Shown here: positions 8,704 to 18,408 of the stretch, piece by piece
Layout: every line of letters starts with the position of its first letter
How positions within the stretch are numbered: the stretch's first letter is position 1
DNA from: an uncultured delta proteobacterium
Lineage (GTDB): Bacteria > Myxococcota > UBA727 > VGSZ01
Direction of reading: 5' to 3'
Assembly (NCBI GenBank): GCA_963775425.1
Contig: CAVZJB010000016.1
Span: 928,001-992,000, forward strand
Length of the DNA: 64,000 nt
The notes under the pieces: model-generated
What the model saw: only the letters and a program-made list of their open reading frames with translations
The model's database searches: none
Told to the model about the DNA's origin: nothing
Position numbers and translations under genes: made by a program

Positions 8704-10530
8704 TCACAGGGGGATGCGGACGCGGAATGTGCAGCCGTGGCCGCGGCGGGACTCCACGCGGATGTCTCCGTGATGGTCCTCGACGATCTTCTTCACGAGG
8801 GCGAGGCCGAGCCCGGTGCCCTCCTTCTTGCCGTGGGTCGCGAACTGCTCGAACAGGCGCCCCTCGATCTCTGCGGGCAGGCCCGGCCCGGTGTCCGCGA
8901 CGGTGATCTCCACCTGATCGCCGATTTGCTCGAGCCTGAGCGTGAGCTCGCCGCCGTCGGGCATGGCCTCGATGCCGTTTTTGACCAGGTTGGCCAGGGC
9001 GCGCTTCATCCGGAGGTCGTCGAGCCGGACGGCGCCCCGGTAACCGACGTGCGTGCTCACCCTGATGCCGCGGCGGTTGGCGGCCAGGCGGTGGACCATG
9101 TCCTCGACGTCCTTCATGAACCCCTGCATGTAGACCTTGCGGATGAGGATGGAGCTCTCGCCGCGCACGAACTGCAGGAGCTCCTTGATCATCGACGTCA
9201 TCTGCTCGCAGTTTTTGAGCACGATCTCCGCGTTGTTCTGGCGCTCGAGGGCGTTTTCCTCCGTCGCCATCAACTGCACGTAGCCGGAGATGACCGTCAT
9301 CGGCGTCTTGAGGTCGTGGACGATGCCGGCGAGCAGGGTGCCGAGCCGCTCGAGCTGCTCGGCGTTCTTGGTGCGCTCGCGGCGGCGCGCGTCGTGGAGC
9401 GCCGCCGCCACCCGCGGCGCCACCAGGCGCAAGAGCCGCTCGTCGTCGGCGGTGAACGGGTGGCGCGTGGCGCGGTCGCGCAGCACCATGATGGCGCCGT
9501 AGGGTCGCTCCTCGTCGGGGGCGCCGGGGTACTCCACCACCAGCGGCACCGCCATCAACGGCCCCGGCAGCAACCCGAGCTCCTTGGCGACCTTCTGCGC
9601 GTGGCGGCGGTCGAGGGAGGCGTCGTCGACGCGCATCACCTCTCCCGTGGTGACCGCGCTGCCGATGATGCCGGTGTCGAGGGGCAGCGTGGTGCCAACG
9701 GTCTTGTCCTCGCCCACGCCAGTGGCGGCGTGGAAGCGCAGAGCGGTGAGGCGCGGCTCGACGAGCGCGATGCTCGCCGCGTCGGCGTCGAGGAGCGTGC
9801 GCACGCGCTTGACGACGACGTTCAACAGCTCCTCCTCGGACACGGTGGTGCCCATGGCCTGCTCGAGGCCGGCGAGGAGATCGAGCTCGGAGACGCGCCG
9901 CTGCAGCTCGACCTGCGCGCGCTCGAGTCGGATGGCCTTGTCCTTGAGCTGCGCGAACAGGAAGGCGTTCTTGAGCGCCACCGAGATCTGGCCCGTGATG
10001 CTCTCGAGCAGGCGCTCGTCCTCGACGCCGAACGGGCCCACCCGCTTGTTGAGGGCCTCGACGACGCCGGCGACCTTGCCCTCGATGGACATGATGGGGA
10101 CGGCGAGCAGGCTCCTGGTCCGATAGCCGCTCTTCTCGTCGAACCGCGGGTTGAAGCGCGGGTCCTTGTACGCGTCGCCGAGGTTCAGGGGGAGGCCGGT
10201 GGCGGCGACGTAGCCGGCGACGCCGCTGCCGAGCGGCAGACGGATGGAATCGCTGCCCTCGATGACCCGGCTCCATAGCTCGCGGCGCTCGTCATCGACG
10301 ACGAACAAGGTGGCGCGGTCGCACTCGAGGAGCTGCGAGACCTTGCCGATGATGGTGCGCAAAAGCTCGTCCAGCTCGAGGCGCCCTGCCAGGGCGGAGC
10401 CGACGTCGCGCATACCCGCGAGCCGCTTGCGCGACAGCGTGAGCGCTTCCTCGAGGGCCTCGTTCTCCTCGGTGAGGATCTCGACGACCCCGGCATCGGG
10501 CACGGTGATCGGCCGGTCGTGGGAGCCCAT
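8704..10530 (-). CDS. Cytoplasmic GAF-GAF sensor histidine kinase
   Basis: GAF signature ([27 protein letters not shown]...ALNK...F..EDE), H-box VHDLKTPM, N-box NLVKNG, DTGPG and GTGLGL. Confidence 0.92.
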   Translation of the reverse strand: MGSHDRPITVPDAGVVEILTEENEALEEALTLSRKRLAGMRDVGSALAGRLELDELLRTIIGKVSQLLECDRATLFVVDDERRELWSRVIEGSDSIRLPLGSGVAGYVAATGLPLNLGDAYKDPRFNPRFDEKSGYRTRSLLAVPIMSIEGKVAGVVEALNKRVGPFGVEDERLLESITGQISVALKNAFLFAQLKDKAIRLERAQVELQRRVSELDLLAGLEQAMGTTVSEEELLNVVVKRVRTLLDADAASIALVEPRLTALRFHAATGVGEDKTVGTTLPLDTGIIGSAVTTGEVMRVDDASLDRRHAQKVAKELGLLPGPLMAVPLVVEYPGAPDEERPYGAIMVLRDRATRHPFTADDERLLRLVAPRVAAALHDARRRERTKNAEQLERLGTLLAGIVHDLKTPMTVISGYVQLMATEENALERQNNAEIVLKNCEQMTSMIKELLQFVRGESSILIRKVYMQGFMKDVEDMVHRLAANRRGIRVSTHVGYRGAVRLDDLRMKRALANLVKNGIEAMPDGGELTLRLEQIGDQVEITVADTGPGLPAEIEGRLFEQFATHGKKEGTGLGLALVKKIVEDHHGDIRVESRRGHGCTFRVRIPL

Positions 10531-10566
10531 GGCCCCGACTCTACCCCGGCCCCGGCGCAGGCGCCC

Positions 10567-13404
10567 TCAATGGGCTTCGTTCCAGGTGCGGCCCTCGTGG
10601 GCGTCGACCACCAGGGCCACCGACAGCGCCGCGGCCCCCGACATGGCCGCCTGCGCGACCGCGATGGCGTCGGCGGCGTGGCGCTTGGGCACCTCGACGA
10701 CGAGCTCGTCGTGGACCTGCAGCAGGATGCGGGCGCTCGGGACCTGCCTTTTGAGCGCGCGGTCGGCGTCGATCATCGCGCGCTTCATGATGTCGGCCGC
10801 GGACCCCTGGATGGGGGTGTTGGTGGCGAGGCGCTCGGCCTGCGCGCGCTCGCCGCCGTTCTTGCTGTCGATGCCGTGCAGCCGCCGGCGCCGGCCGAGC
10901 AGCGTGCGTACGCTCTTGTCCACGTAGGCGCGCTCGCGCTGCTTGGACTGCCAGTCGCGCACGCCGACGAGCCGCTGGTTGTAGCGGTCGTGGTACTCGC
11001 GGGCGGTGGCGCGCGGCACGCCAAGCTCGCGGGCGAGGCGCTGCACGCCCATGCCGTAGATGAGGCCGAAGTTGATGGCCTTGGCAGCGCTCCGCTGATC
11101 CTTGGTGACCTCGTCGAGCTTGACGTTGAACACCTCGCTCGCCGTGCGGCGGTGCACGTCCTCGTTCTTCTTGAACGCGTCGATGAGGACGGCGTCGCCG
11201 GTGACGTGTGCGAGGATGCGCAGCTCGATCTGCGAGTAGTCGAGGGACAGCAGGACGTTCCCGTCGTCGGCGATGAACGCGTCGCGGATCTTGCGGCCGA
11301 GCTCGGTGCGCACGGGGATGTTCTGCAGGTTGGGATCCGTCGACGACAGGCGCCCTGTGGCCGCCACCGCCTGGTTGAAGTGGGTGTGGACGCGGCCGTG
11401 GGCGTCGATGAGCCTGGGCAGCACGTCGACGTAGGTGCCTTTGAGCTTGGCGATGGTGCGGTGCTCGAGGATGAGCTCGGGCAGCTCGTGCTTGTCGGAG
11501 AGCGCCTCGAGCACCGAGGAGTCCGTCGACGGCGCGCCGCTCGCGGTGCGTTTGCCGATGGGGAGCTTCAGCTCGCGAAAGAGGATCTCGGCGATCTGCG
11601 TGGGGCTCTCGAGGTTGAACGCGCGGCCCGCCGCCTCCACCGCCTTCTCCTCGACACCGGCGAGCGTGTCGGCGAAGTCCTGGCTGAGCGACTCGAGGCG
11701 CGCGACGTCGACCTTGATGCCCGCGCGCTCCATCTCGCCGAGGAGCGCCTCGAGCGGGAGCTCCAGCTCCCTGTAGAGCGCGTCCATCTCGCTCTTTTCG
11801 AGGCGCGGCTCGAGGACGTTGGCGCAGCGGAGCGTGCAGTCGACGGCCTCGGCCGCGAAGGTGGTCATGACGTCCTGCGGCACCTGATCGGCCCGCACCG
11901 CGGACTTGCCACGGCCAAAGACGCTGTCCGGCTCGATCATCGCGTGCCCGAGTGTCCGCCGCGTGACGTTGATGAGCCGGGTGCTCTCCTCGTCGGGGTC
12001 GAGCAGGTAGCTCGCGAGCATGGGGTCGCCGCCGATGCTCCAGGTGGGCCAGCCCGCGAAGAACAGCGCGTTGACGTCGGTCTTTCCGTCGTGCGCGATG
12101 ATGGTCTTGCCGCCATCGGCGAGGAGCGGCGCGAGCGCAGCGCGCAGCGCGCCCTCCGGGTGCGCGGCCGCCGGGATCCACACCGCCTCGCCCTCGCCCC
12201 AGCAGGCGGCGACGCCGACGAGCTTGGCGTCCGGCGCGCCGGGGCCGCCGCCCGACGGCGAGGCGATCTCGGTGCGCACGGCGAAACGCGCGGCGGCGCC
12301 GAGGTGCGTGGCGACGTCGCGCAGCGCGGCCGCGTCGGTGACGGCGCGGTAGCGGGTGCGGTCGACCGTGGTGGTGGAGGCGGGGAGCTGCTCCGGCGGC
12401 GCCGGCATCAGCTCCGGCGGGAGCGTGACGTCGCGGACGATGGGGTCGTTTTCGAGACGACGGAATTCCATCTCCGTGAAGAACGCCTTGAGCTGCTGCT
12501 TGTCGGGCCCCTCGTACTTGAGCTCGCCGACGGAGACGTCGATGGGCACGTCGTCGCGGATGGCCACGAGGCGCATGCTCAAGCGCGCGCGATCGGCCTG
12601 GGTCTTGAGCTTCTCGCGGCGCGACGGCTGTTTGATGTCGTCGGCGTGGGCGAGCACCGCCTCGAGGCCGCCCCAGGTGCGCACGAGCTCGGCGGCGGTC
12701 TTTTCGCCGACGCCGGCGATGCCGGGGACGTTGTCGGAGCTGTCCCCGGCGAGGGCGAGCACATCGACGACGTGCTCCGGGGGCACGCCGAACTTCTCGA
12801 TGACCTGCTCGCGGCGGATCTCGTTGGTCTCGCTGCCACGGCCCATGCGCATCTCGTCGAGGAGCATGGTGTGGTCGTCGACGAGCTGGCACAGATCCTT
12901 GTCGCCCGTGACGATGACGACGTCCTTGCCCGCGGCGCGCGCCTGCTTGCACAGGGTGGCGATGACGTCGTCGGCCTCGAAGCCCTTGACGATCACCTTC
13001 TTGATGCGCATCGCGTCGATGAGCCGGTGGATGAGCGGGATCTGCGGCGGGAGGTCCTCGGGCGGCGGCGAGCGCGTGCCCTTGTACTCGGGGTAGATCT
13101 CGTGGCGGAACACCTTGCCGCCGGGGTCGAAGCAGATGGCGAGGTGCGACGGCTCGATGTCCTTCAAGATCTTGAGGAGCATCGTGGTGAAGCCGAAGAC
13201 GGCGTTGGTGGCCTGGCCCTTCGACGTCGAGAGGCGGCGCATCGCATAGTAGGCGCGGAAGATGTAGCCCTGCCCGTCGACGATGTAGACGGTGCCGTCC
13301 CGCGCCGCCTTCTTCTTGGCAGCCGCCGCCGCGGCCGCCTTGATGGCCTCGGGATCGTCGCCGAGGCTGAGCTGGCCGGCGCTCTTCTTCTTCTTCGTCG
13401 CCAT
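10567..13404 (-). CDS. polA: DNA polymerase I
   Basis: 5'-3' exonuclease (VDGQGYIFRAYYA, EADDVIAT, TGDKD, GDSSDNVPG) and polymerase motifs (TGRLSSTDPNLQNIP, DYSQIELR, AKAINFGLIYG, LQVHDEL). Confidence 0.97.
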   Translation of the reverse strand: MATKKKKSAGQLSLGDDPEAIKAAAAAAAKKKAARDGTVYIVDGQGYIFRAYYAMRRLSTSKGQATNAVFGFTTMLLKILKDIEPSHLAICFDPGGKVFRHEIYPEYKGTRSPPPEDLPPQIPLIHRLIDAMRIKKVIVKGFEADDVIATLCKQARAAGKDVVIVTGDKDLCQLVDDHTMLLDEMRMGRGSETNEIRREQVIEKFGVPPEHVVDVLALAGDSSDNVPGIAGVGEKTAAELVRTWGGLEAVLAHADDIKQPSRREKLKTQADRARLSMRLVAIRDDVPIDVSVGELKYEGPDKQQLKAFFTEMEFRRLENDPIVRDVTLPPELMPAPPEQLPASTTTVDRTRYRAVTDAAALRDVATHLGAAARFAVRTEIASPSGGGPGAPDAKLVGVAACWGEGEAVWIPAAAHPEGALRAALAPLLADGGKTIIAHDGKTDVNALFFAGWPTWSIGGDPMLASYLLDPDEESTRLINVTRRTLGHAMIEPDSVFGRGKSAVRADQVPQDVMTTFAAEAVDCTLRCANVLEPRLEKSEMDALYRELELPLEALLGEMERAGIKVDVARLESLSQDFADTLAGVEEKAVEAAGRAFNLESPTQIAEILFRELKLPIGKRTASGAPSTDSSVLEALSDKHELPELILEHRTIAKLKGTYVDVLPRLIDAHGRVHTHFNQAVAATGRLSSTDPNLQNIPVRTELGRKIRDAFIADDGNVLLSLDYSQIELRILAHVTGDAVLIDAFKKNEDVHRRTASEVFNVKLDEVTKDQRSAAKAINFGLIYGMGVQRLARELGVPRATAREYHDRYNQRLVGVRDWQSKQRERAYVDKSVRTLLGRRRRLHGIDSKNGGERAQAERLATNTPIQGSAADIMKRAMIDADRALKRQVPSARILLQVHDELVVEVPKRHAADAIAVAQAAMSGAAALSVALVVDAHEGRTWNEAH

Positions 13405-13591
13405 CGGCGCGGCTTAGCCACCGCCGCCGCAAGATGACAACCCCGCCTCAGGAGCTGACGCTCGGCACCCGGCTTGCGCTCCTGGGTGATCTCGCCGGCG
13501 TCGGGCCGCGGTCTTCAGCTTGATCGCGCTCCTGGCGCGGCGGGACGGGTTCGGCGTTGACGTCGTCACGCCGGCTTCGTACGCCCCCAAG

Positions 13592-14794
13592 ATGAAGTAC
13601 CGCGGCGACATCGTCTTCCTCTCGGCCAAGCGCACCGCCTTCGGGACCTACGGCGGGGCGTTCAAGAACCACACGGCCACCGACCTCGGGGTGATCGCGT
13701 CGCGCGCCGCGCTGCAGGCGTCCGGCGTTGCGCCCGCGGACATCGATCAGGTCGTGTTCGGCAACGTGGCGCAGACGTCGGCCGACGCCATCTACCTCGC
13801 GCGCCACGTGGGTCTCCGCTGCGAGCTGCCGCAGGACGTGCCGGCGCTCACGCTCAACCGCCTGTGCGGCTCGGGCTTCCAGGCGGTGGTCACGGGCGCC
13901 GAGCAGATCCTCCTCGGCGACGCCTCGTGCGTCCTCGTCGGCGGCACGGAGAACATGAGCCAGGCCCCGCACGCCATCCGCGGCGCGCGCTTCGGCATGC
14001 CGCTCGGCAAGCCGAGCCCGCTCGAGGACACGCTGTGGTCGTCGCTCACGGACTCGTTCACCGGGATGCCCATGGGCATGACGGCGGAGAAGCTGGCCGA
14101 GACCCACCAGATCCCGCAAGAGGACGTCGACGCGTTCTCGGTGCGCAGCCAGCGGCTCCACGCGGCGGCGCAACAGGCCGGGCGCTTCGCCGACGAGATG
14201 ACGCCTGTCGAGGTCAAGAAGGGCAAGGAGACCGTGCTGTTCGACGCCGACGAGCACGGCCGCCCCGGCACCACCCTCGAAGGGCTCAAGAAGCTCCCCA
14301 AGGCGTTCAAGAAGGACGGCGTCATCCACGCCGGCGCCGCGAGCGGCATCTGCGACGGCGCCGCCGCGCTGGTGATGGCGTCGGCGTCGTTCGCGCACAA
14401 GCACGGCTTGAAGCCCATCGGGCGGCTCGTGTCGTGGGGCATCGCGGGCGTGGACCCGACGGTGATGGGCATCGGGCCGGTGCCCGCCATCAAAAAGGCG
14501 CTCGCGAGCGCGGACGCCAAGCTCGAGGACATGGACCTCATCGAGATCAACGAGGCGTTCGCGCCGCAGGTGCTGGCGTGCGCCAAGGACCTCGGCATCG
14601 ACGCGCTCTCGGACAAGTCCAAGCTGAACGTCGACGGCGGCGCCATCGCCGTGGGTCACCCGCTCGGGGCCTCGGGCGCGCGCATCACCGCGCACCTCGT
14701 CCACGCGCTGCGCGGGCGCAAGCTGAAGACCGCGGTGGGCTCGGCGTGCATCGGCGGCGGCCAGGGCATCGCGGTCGTGGTGGAGGCGCTGTGA
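13592..14794 (+). CDS. Acetyl-CoA C-acyltransferase (thiolase)
   Basis: NRLCGSG, EINEAF, GHPLGASG and ACIGGGQG motifs. Confidence 0.95.
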   Translation: MKYRGDIVFLSAKRTAFGTYGGAFKNHTATDLGVIASRAALQASGVAPADIDQVVFGNVAQTSADAIYLARHVGLRCELPQDVPALTLNRLCGSGFQAVVTGAEQILLGDASCVLVGGTENMSQAPHAIRGARFGMPLGKPSPLEDTLWSSLTDSFTGMPMGMTAEKLAETHQIPQEDVDAFSVRSQRLHAAAQQAGRFADEMTPVEVKKGKETVLFDADEHGRPGTTLEGLKKLPKAFKKDGVIHAGAASGICDGAAALVMASASFAHKHGLKPIGRLVSWGIAGVDPTVMGIGPVPAIKKALASADAKLEDMDLIEINEAFAPQVLACAKDLGIDALSDKSKLNVDGGAIAVGHPLGASGARITAHLVHALRGRKLKTAVGSACIGGGQGIAVVVEAL

Positions 14795-15219
14795 GCCCGG
14801 AGCTCCGCCGGTCGGCGGCCCGCCTGTTCATCGGCGCGTTCGCCATCGTGGCGGTGTTCTTCGCCTTCCAGCGTGAGCGCTTCGGCGAGGTGTGGAAGCC
14901 GCTGCTGCTCTACAGCGCCCTCGCCGTGCCCGCGTTCATCGTGCTCTCCCGCCTGCGCCGCCGCGCGCCGGGGAGCGGCCCTTCAAGCGGCGCCCGCGTG
15001 GGCGGCGCCCCCGGGGACGGCGGCAGTGTGGACGGCGCCGGTGTGGACGGCGCCAGTGTGGACGGGGCCGGCGTGGACGGCGCCGGTGTGGACGGCGCCA
15101 GTGTGGACGGCGCCAGTGTGGACGGGGCCGGCGTGGACGGGGCCGGCGTGGACGGGGCCGGCGTGGACGGCGCGGGCGTGGACGGGGCCTCGAACGAACG
15201 CCGACCGTCGCGCGCCTGA
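14791..15219 (+). CDS. Small two-TM protein with a (VDGAG/S)11 tail
   Basis: GTG start overlaps the thiolase stop (GTGA); two hydrophobic helices followed by pentapeptide repeats. Confidence 0.65.
   Translation: MSPELRRSAARLFIGAFAIVAVFFAFQRERFGEVWKPLLLYSALAVPAFIVLSRLRRRAPGSGPSSGARVGGAPGDGGSVDGAGVDGASVDGAGVDGAGVDGASVDGASVDGAGVDGAGVDGAGVDGAGVDGASNERRPSRA
15028..15192 (+). repeat. 15-bp tandem repeat, 11 copies (gtggacggngccrgy)
   Basis: Directly visible in the sequence. Confidence 0.9.
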
Positions 15220-15258
15220 CACGATGTTCGACGCGGTCGACTGACGACGACGCCCCGG

Positions 15259-15310
15259 CGATCGGTCAGCGATCGGGTCGGCGATCGGGTCGGCGATCAG
15301 CTCAGCGATC
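15259..15310. repeat. Short 11-12 bp tandem repeat (cgatcgggtcgg-like) between convergent genes
   Basis: cgatcggtcag cgatcgggtcgg cgatcgggtcgg cgatcagctcag cgatcg. Confidence 0.6.
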
Positions 15311-16159
15311 GCGCAGCGGCGTGGCCCCGGGCCGGCCGCGCTGCGCGCCCGCCTCGGCGTGCGGCACCGCGGGATCCGCGGGCGGCGCCGAGGGGTCGCA
15401 CGTGGACGCGAGGCGGCTCACGCGCTCCTCGAGCGCCGACACGTCGCTGGCGTCCGGGTGGGTCGCGAGCGTCTGCCTGAGCGGCGCGAGCCCGTCGCAG
15501 GGGCGGCCGAGCTTGTCGGCGGTGTCGGCGATCTGCCAGCCCACCGTGCAGCGCGGGCAGAGCTCCTGCACCTGTTTGAAGTCGGCCAGAGCCTGCTCGT
15601 ACTTGCCCCCGAGGAAGTACGCGTCGCCGCGCCACCACCAGAAGTCGCGATCGCCGCTGTCGCTGTCGATGAGCTTGCCGGCCTCGACGGCAGCGAGGTC
15701 GAACTCGGAGAGGTGCTTGTGCGCGGCGTACGTGAGCCAGCGCAGGCGGGGCATGTCCCCGCACTTCGCGAAGAAGGCGTCGGCGCGGGTGAGCGTGCCG
15801 CGGTAGTCGCCGGCCTGCACCATGGTGTCGAGGAGGCCGAGCGTCTTTTGTCGATCGCAGGGCTCCCGCTCGAGCTGCGTGTTCAGCCGGCTGACGTCCG
15901 GCGCGAAGCGGCCATAGTCGTACGGCGGCTCGTAGCGCTTCACGACGATGACGACGGCCGCGACGAGCAGCGCGCCGAGCAGCGTGACGACGACCATCTT
16001 CACCGACGCCGCGCGCCGCTCCTCGGCCGCGCGCTTGTCCGCGCACGCGCGGCACATGAGCTCGACCGCCCGCGTCGACGTGCAGTCGTCACAGATGGGC
16101 CTCATGCACGTGAAGCACTTGTTCGAGGCATCGACGCCGGGGTGTCTATAGCAATCCAT
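15302..16159 (-). CDS. B-box-like zinc finger + TM + TPR protein
   Basis: MDCYRHP...CFTCMRPICDDC...CRAC, one TM segment, then TPR-like helices (WWRGDAYFLGGKYEQALADF). Confidence 0.8.
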   Translation of the reverse strand: MDCYRHPGVDASNKCFTCMRPICDDCTSTRAVELMCRACADKRAAEERRAASVKMVVVTLLGALLVAAVVIVVKRYEPPYDYGRFAPDVSRLNTQLEREPCDRQKTLGLLDTMVQAGDYRGTLTRADAFFAKCGDMPRLRWLTYAAHKHLSEFDLAAVEAGKLIDSDSGDRDFWWWRGDAYFLGGKYEQALADFKQVQELCPRCTVGWQIADTADKLGRPCDGLAPLRQTLATHPDASDVSALEERVSRLASTCDPSAPPADPAVPHAEAGAQRGRPGATPLRDR

Positions 16160-16205
16160 GGGCGCCCTCTTGCCGGACGTCGCGTAGCGGCACAATCTCT
16201 GCCCT

Positions 16206-17426
16206 GTGACCGACATCATCCACGATTGGAACGAAGCGAAGCGCAAGGGCGAGGTCTTCACCAAGAAAATCGAGCTGTGCGACGAGACCTTGCGCGACGG
16301 CATCCAGAGCCCCTCCGTGGTCGACCCCCCCATCGAGACCAAGCTCGAGATAGTCGAGCTGATGGACCAGCTCGGCATCACCACCGCCGACATCGGCTTG
16401 CCGGGTGCGGGCCCTCGCGCCGTCGAGGACGTCACCCGCATCGCCAAGCACATGCGGGACAGGAAGCTCAAGCTCCTGGCCAACTGCGCGGCGCGCACCG
16501 TCGTCAAGGACATCGAGCCCATCGTCCGCGTCCGTGACGACGTCGGCATCCCCATCATCGCCTACTGCTTCCTCGGCACGAGCCCCATCCGCATGCTCGC
16601 GGAGGAGTGGGACCTCGACCGGCTCAAGAAGAACGCCGAGGACGCCATCGGCTTCGCGGTGAAAAACGGGCTCGAGTGCGCCTTCGTCACCGAGGACACC
16701 ACGCGCACGCCGCCGCGCACCCTCGACGTGCTCTTCCGCCACGTCATCAATCTCGGCTGCAAGCGGCTCGTGCTGTGCGACACCGTCGGCCACGCCACCC
16801 CCGACGGCGTCAAGAACCTCATCGACTGGACGCGCGACCTCATCGCCGCCACCGGCGAGGACATCAAGGTCGATTGGCACGGCCACAACGATCGCGGGCT
16901 CGGCGTCGTCAACGCGCTCTTCGCCCTCGAGCACGGCGCCGACCGCGTCCACGGCACCTGCCTCGGCGTCGGCGAGCGCGTCGGCAACGCGTCCATCGAT
17001 CAGATCATCGTCAACCTCAAGCTCATGGGCGTCTACGAGCACGACGTCAGCCACCTCGTGCAGTACTGCCGCCTCGTCTCCGACGCCACGCACGTCGAGA
17101 TCCCCGTGAACTACCCGCTCGCGGGGCGCGACGCGTTCCGCACGGCCACGGGCGTTCACGCCGCCGCCGTCATCAAGGCCGAGAAGAAGGGCGACAAGCT
17201 CCTCGCCGACAGCATCTATTCCGGCGTCCCCGCCGGCTTGTTCGGCAAGGAGCAGGAGATCGAGGTCGGGCCCATGAGCGGCCTGTCCAACGTGCGCTAC
17301 TGGCTCGAGAAGCGCCACGTGGACGCCAACGACGACACCGTGCAGCGCATCTTCGCCAAGGCCAAGAGCAGCAACCGCGTGCTGCGCGACGACGAAATCT
17401 GGGACCTCATCAAGCGAACGGGGTGA
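16206..17426 (+). CDS. leuA: LeuA/HMGL-like family synthase (2-isopropylmalate synthase-like, short form)
   Basis: DETLRDGIQS, LCDTVGHATP, WHGHNDRG and GVGERVGN; ends without the C-terminal regulatory domain. Confidence 0.8.
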   Translation: MTDIIHDWNEAKRKGEVFTKKIELCDETLRDGIQSPSVVDPPIETKLEIVELMDQLGITTADIGLPGAGPRAVEDVTRIAKHMRDRKLKLLANCAARTVVKDIEPIVRVRDDVGIPIIAYCFLGTSPIRMLAEEWDLDRLKKNAEDAIGFAVKNGLECAFVTEDTTRTPPRTLDVLFRHVINLGCKRLVLCDTVGHATPDGVKNLIDWTRDLIAATGEDIKVDWHGHNDRGLGVVNALFALEHGADRVHGTCLGVGERVGNASIDQIIVNLKLMGVYEHDVSHLVQYCRLVSDATHVEIPVNYPLAGRDAFRTATGVHAAAVIKAEKKGDKLLADSIYSGVPAGLFGKEQEIEVGPMSGLSNVRYWLEKRHVDANDDTVQRIFAKAKSSNRVLRDDEIWDLIKRTG

Positions 17427-17429
17427 ACG

Positions 17430-18341
17430 ATGGACACCAAGGGCGTCGGGGCAGCGCAGGTCGGGAAGGCCACGGGCGTCGGTGAAGGGCCAGCCTTCGC
17501 CGCCGACAAGGTGTACCTCCCCGAGCTCCTGCTGTCGCAGTCGGGCTCGATCGCCACCGCCAAGGACGGCGACAAACAAAAGCCGCTGGTGCCGGGCCTC
17601 GCCGGCCAATTCCAGGAGCTCGTCGTCACGGGGCTGTCTCCGTCGGGGACGCGCTTCGAAAACCACTTCCCCGTCGACGACAAGGGCATGCTCCACTGGG
17701 CGCAGGCGCGGCCGCTCGGCCACGTGCCGTACGAGGTCACGCTCGTCGGCAAGGACGGCGCCCGCTACAGCGGCGTCGTCGACATCACGCCCAAGGCGGT
17801 CGGCAAGAGCCACAGCGGCTACGAGGTGCTCACCGACCTCGAGCTTTCCCGGGAAAAGCCGCCGCCGCCGGCCAGCCTCCAGGTGCCCGAGCTCCTGCTG
17901 TCGCAGTCGGGCTCCATCGCCACCGCCAAGGACGGCCAGCGCCCGAGGCCGCTGGTGCCGGGGATGAACGGAAAGCTCAAGGAGCTCGTCGTCACGGGCA
18001 TGTCCCCGTCGGGGACGCGCTTCGAAAACCGCTTCCCCATCGACGCCAACGGCGTGCTCCAGTGGAACAGCGCCCAGCCGCTCGGCCACGTGCCCTACCG
18101 TCTTGAGCTGCACGACGGCGAGGGTCACACGTGGGGCGCCAACGTCGACATCAGCCCGCAAAAGCTCGGCAAGAGCCACGCCGGCTACGAGGTCCTGAAC
18201 GACCTGCGCTTCGTGCTCCACGAGCGCCCTCCCGCCGCCGAGCCGCCGCTCAGAGACCGCCAGGGTCTGCGCAACTTCGCCACTCAAAAGCCCCTCCAGG
18301 GCGAGCGGACGTCGCCGCTGCAGGCGTTCTGGAAGAAGTGA
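17430..18341 (+). CDS. Hypothetical protein made of two tandem copies of a ~110-120 aa domain
   Basis: PELLLSQSGSIATAKDG...PLVPG...ELVVTG.SPSGTRFEN.FP...PLGHVPY...GKSH.GYEVL.DL occurs twice. Confidence 0.85.
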   Translation: MDTKGVGAAQVGKATGVGEGPAFAADKVYLPELLLSQSGSIATAKDGDKQKPLVPGLAGQFQELVVTGLSPSGTRFENHFPVDDKGMLHWAQARPLGHVPYEVTLVGKDGARYSGVVDITPKAVGKSHSGYEVLTDLELSREKPPPPASLQVPELLLSQSGSIATAKDGQRPRPLVPGMNGKLKELVVTGMSPSGTRFENRFPIDANGVLQWNSAQPLGHVPYRLELHDGEGHTWGANVDISPQKLGKSHAGYEVLNDLRFVLHERPPAAEPPLRDRQGLRNFATQKPLQGERTSPLQAFWKK

Positions 18342-18408
18342 CCGGGCCCGGGCCGCGCGCGGGGCGGCGGCGGCGAACGACACGGACGCCGTGGTAGCTT
18401 CGGCTTCG

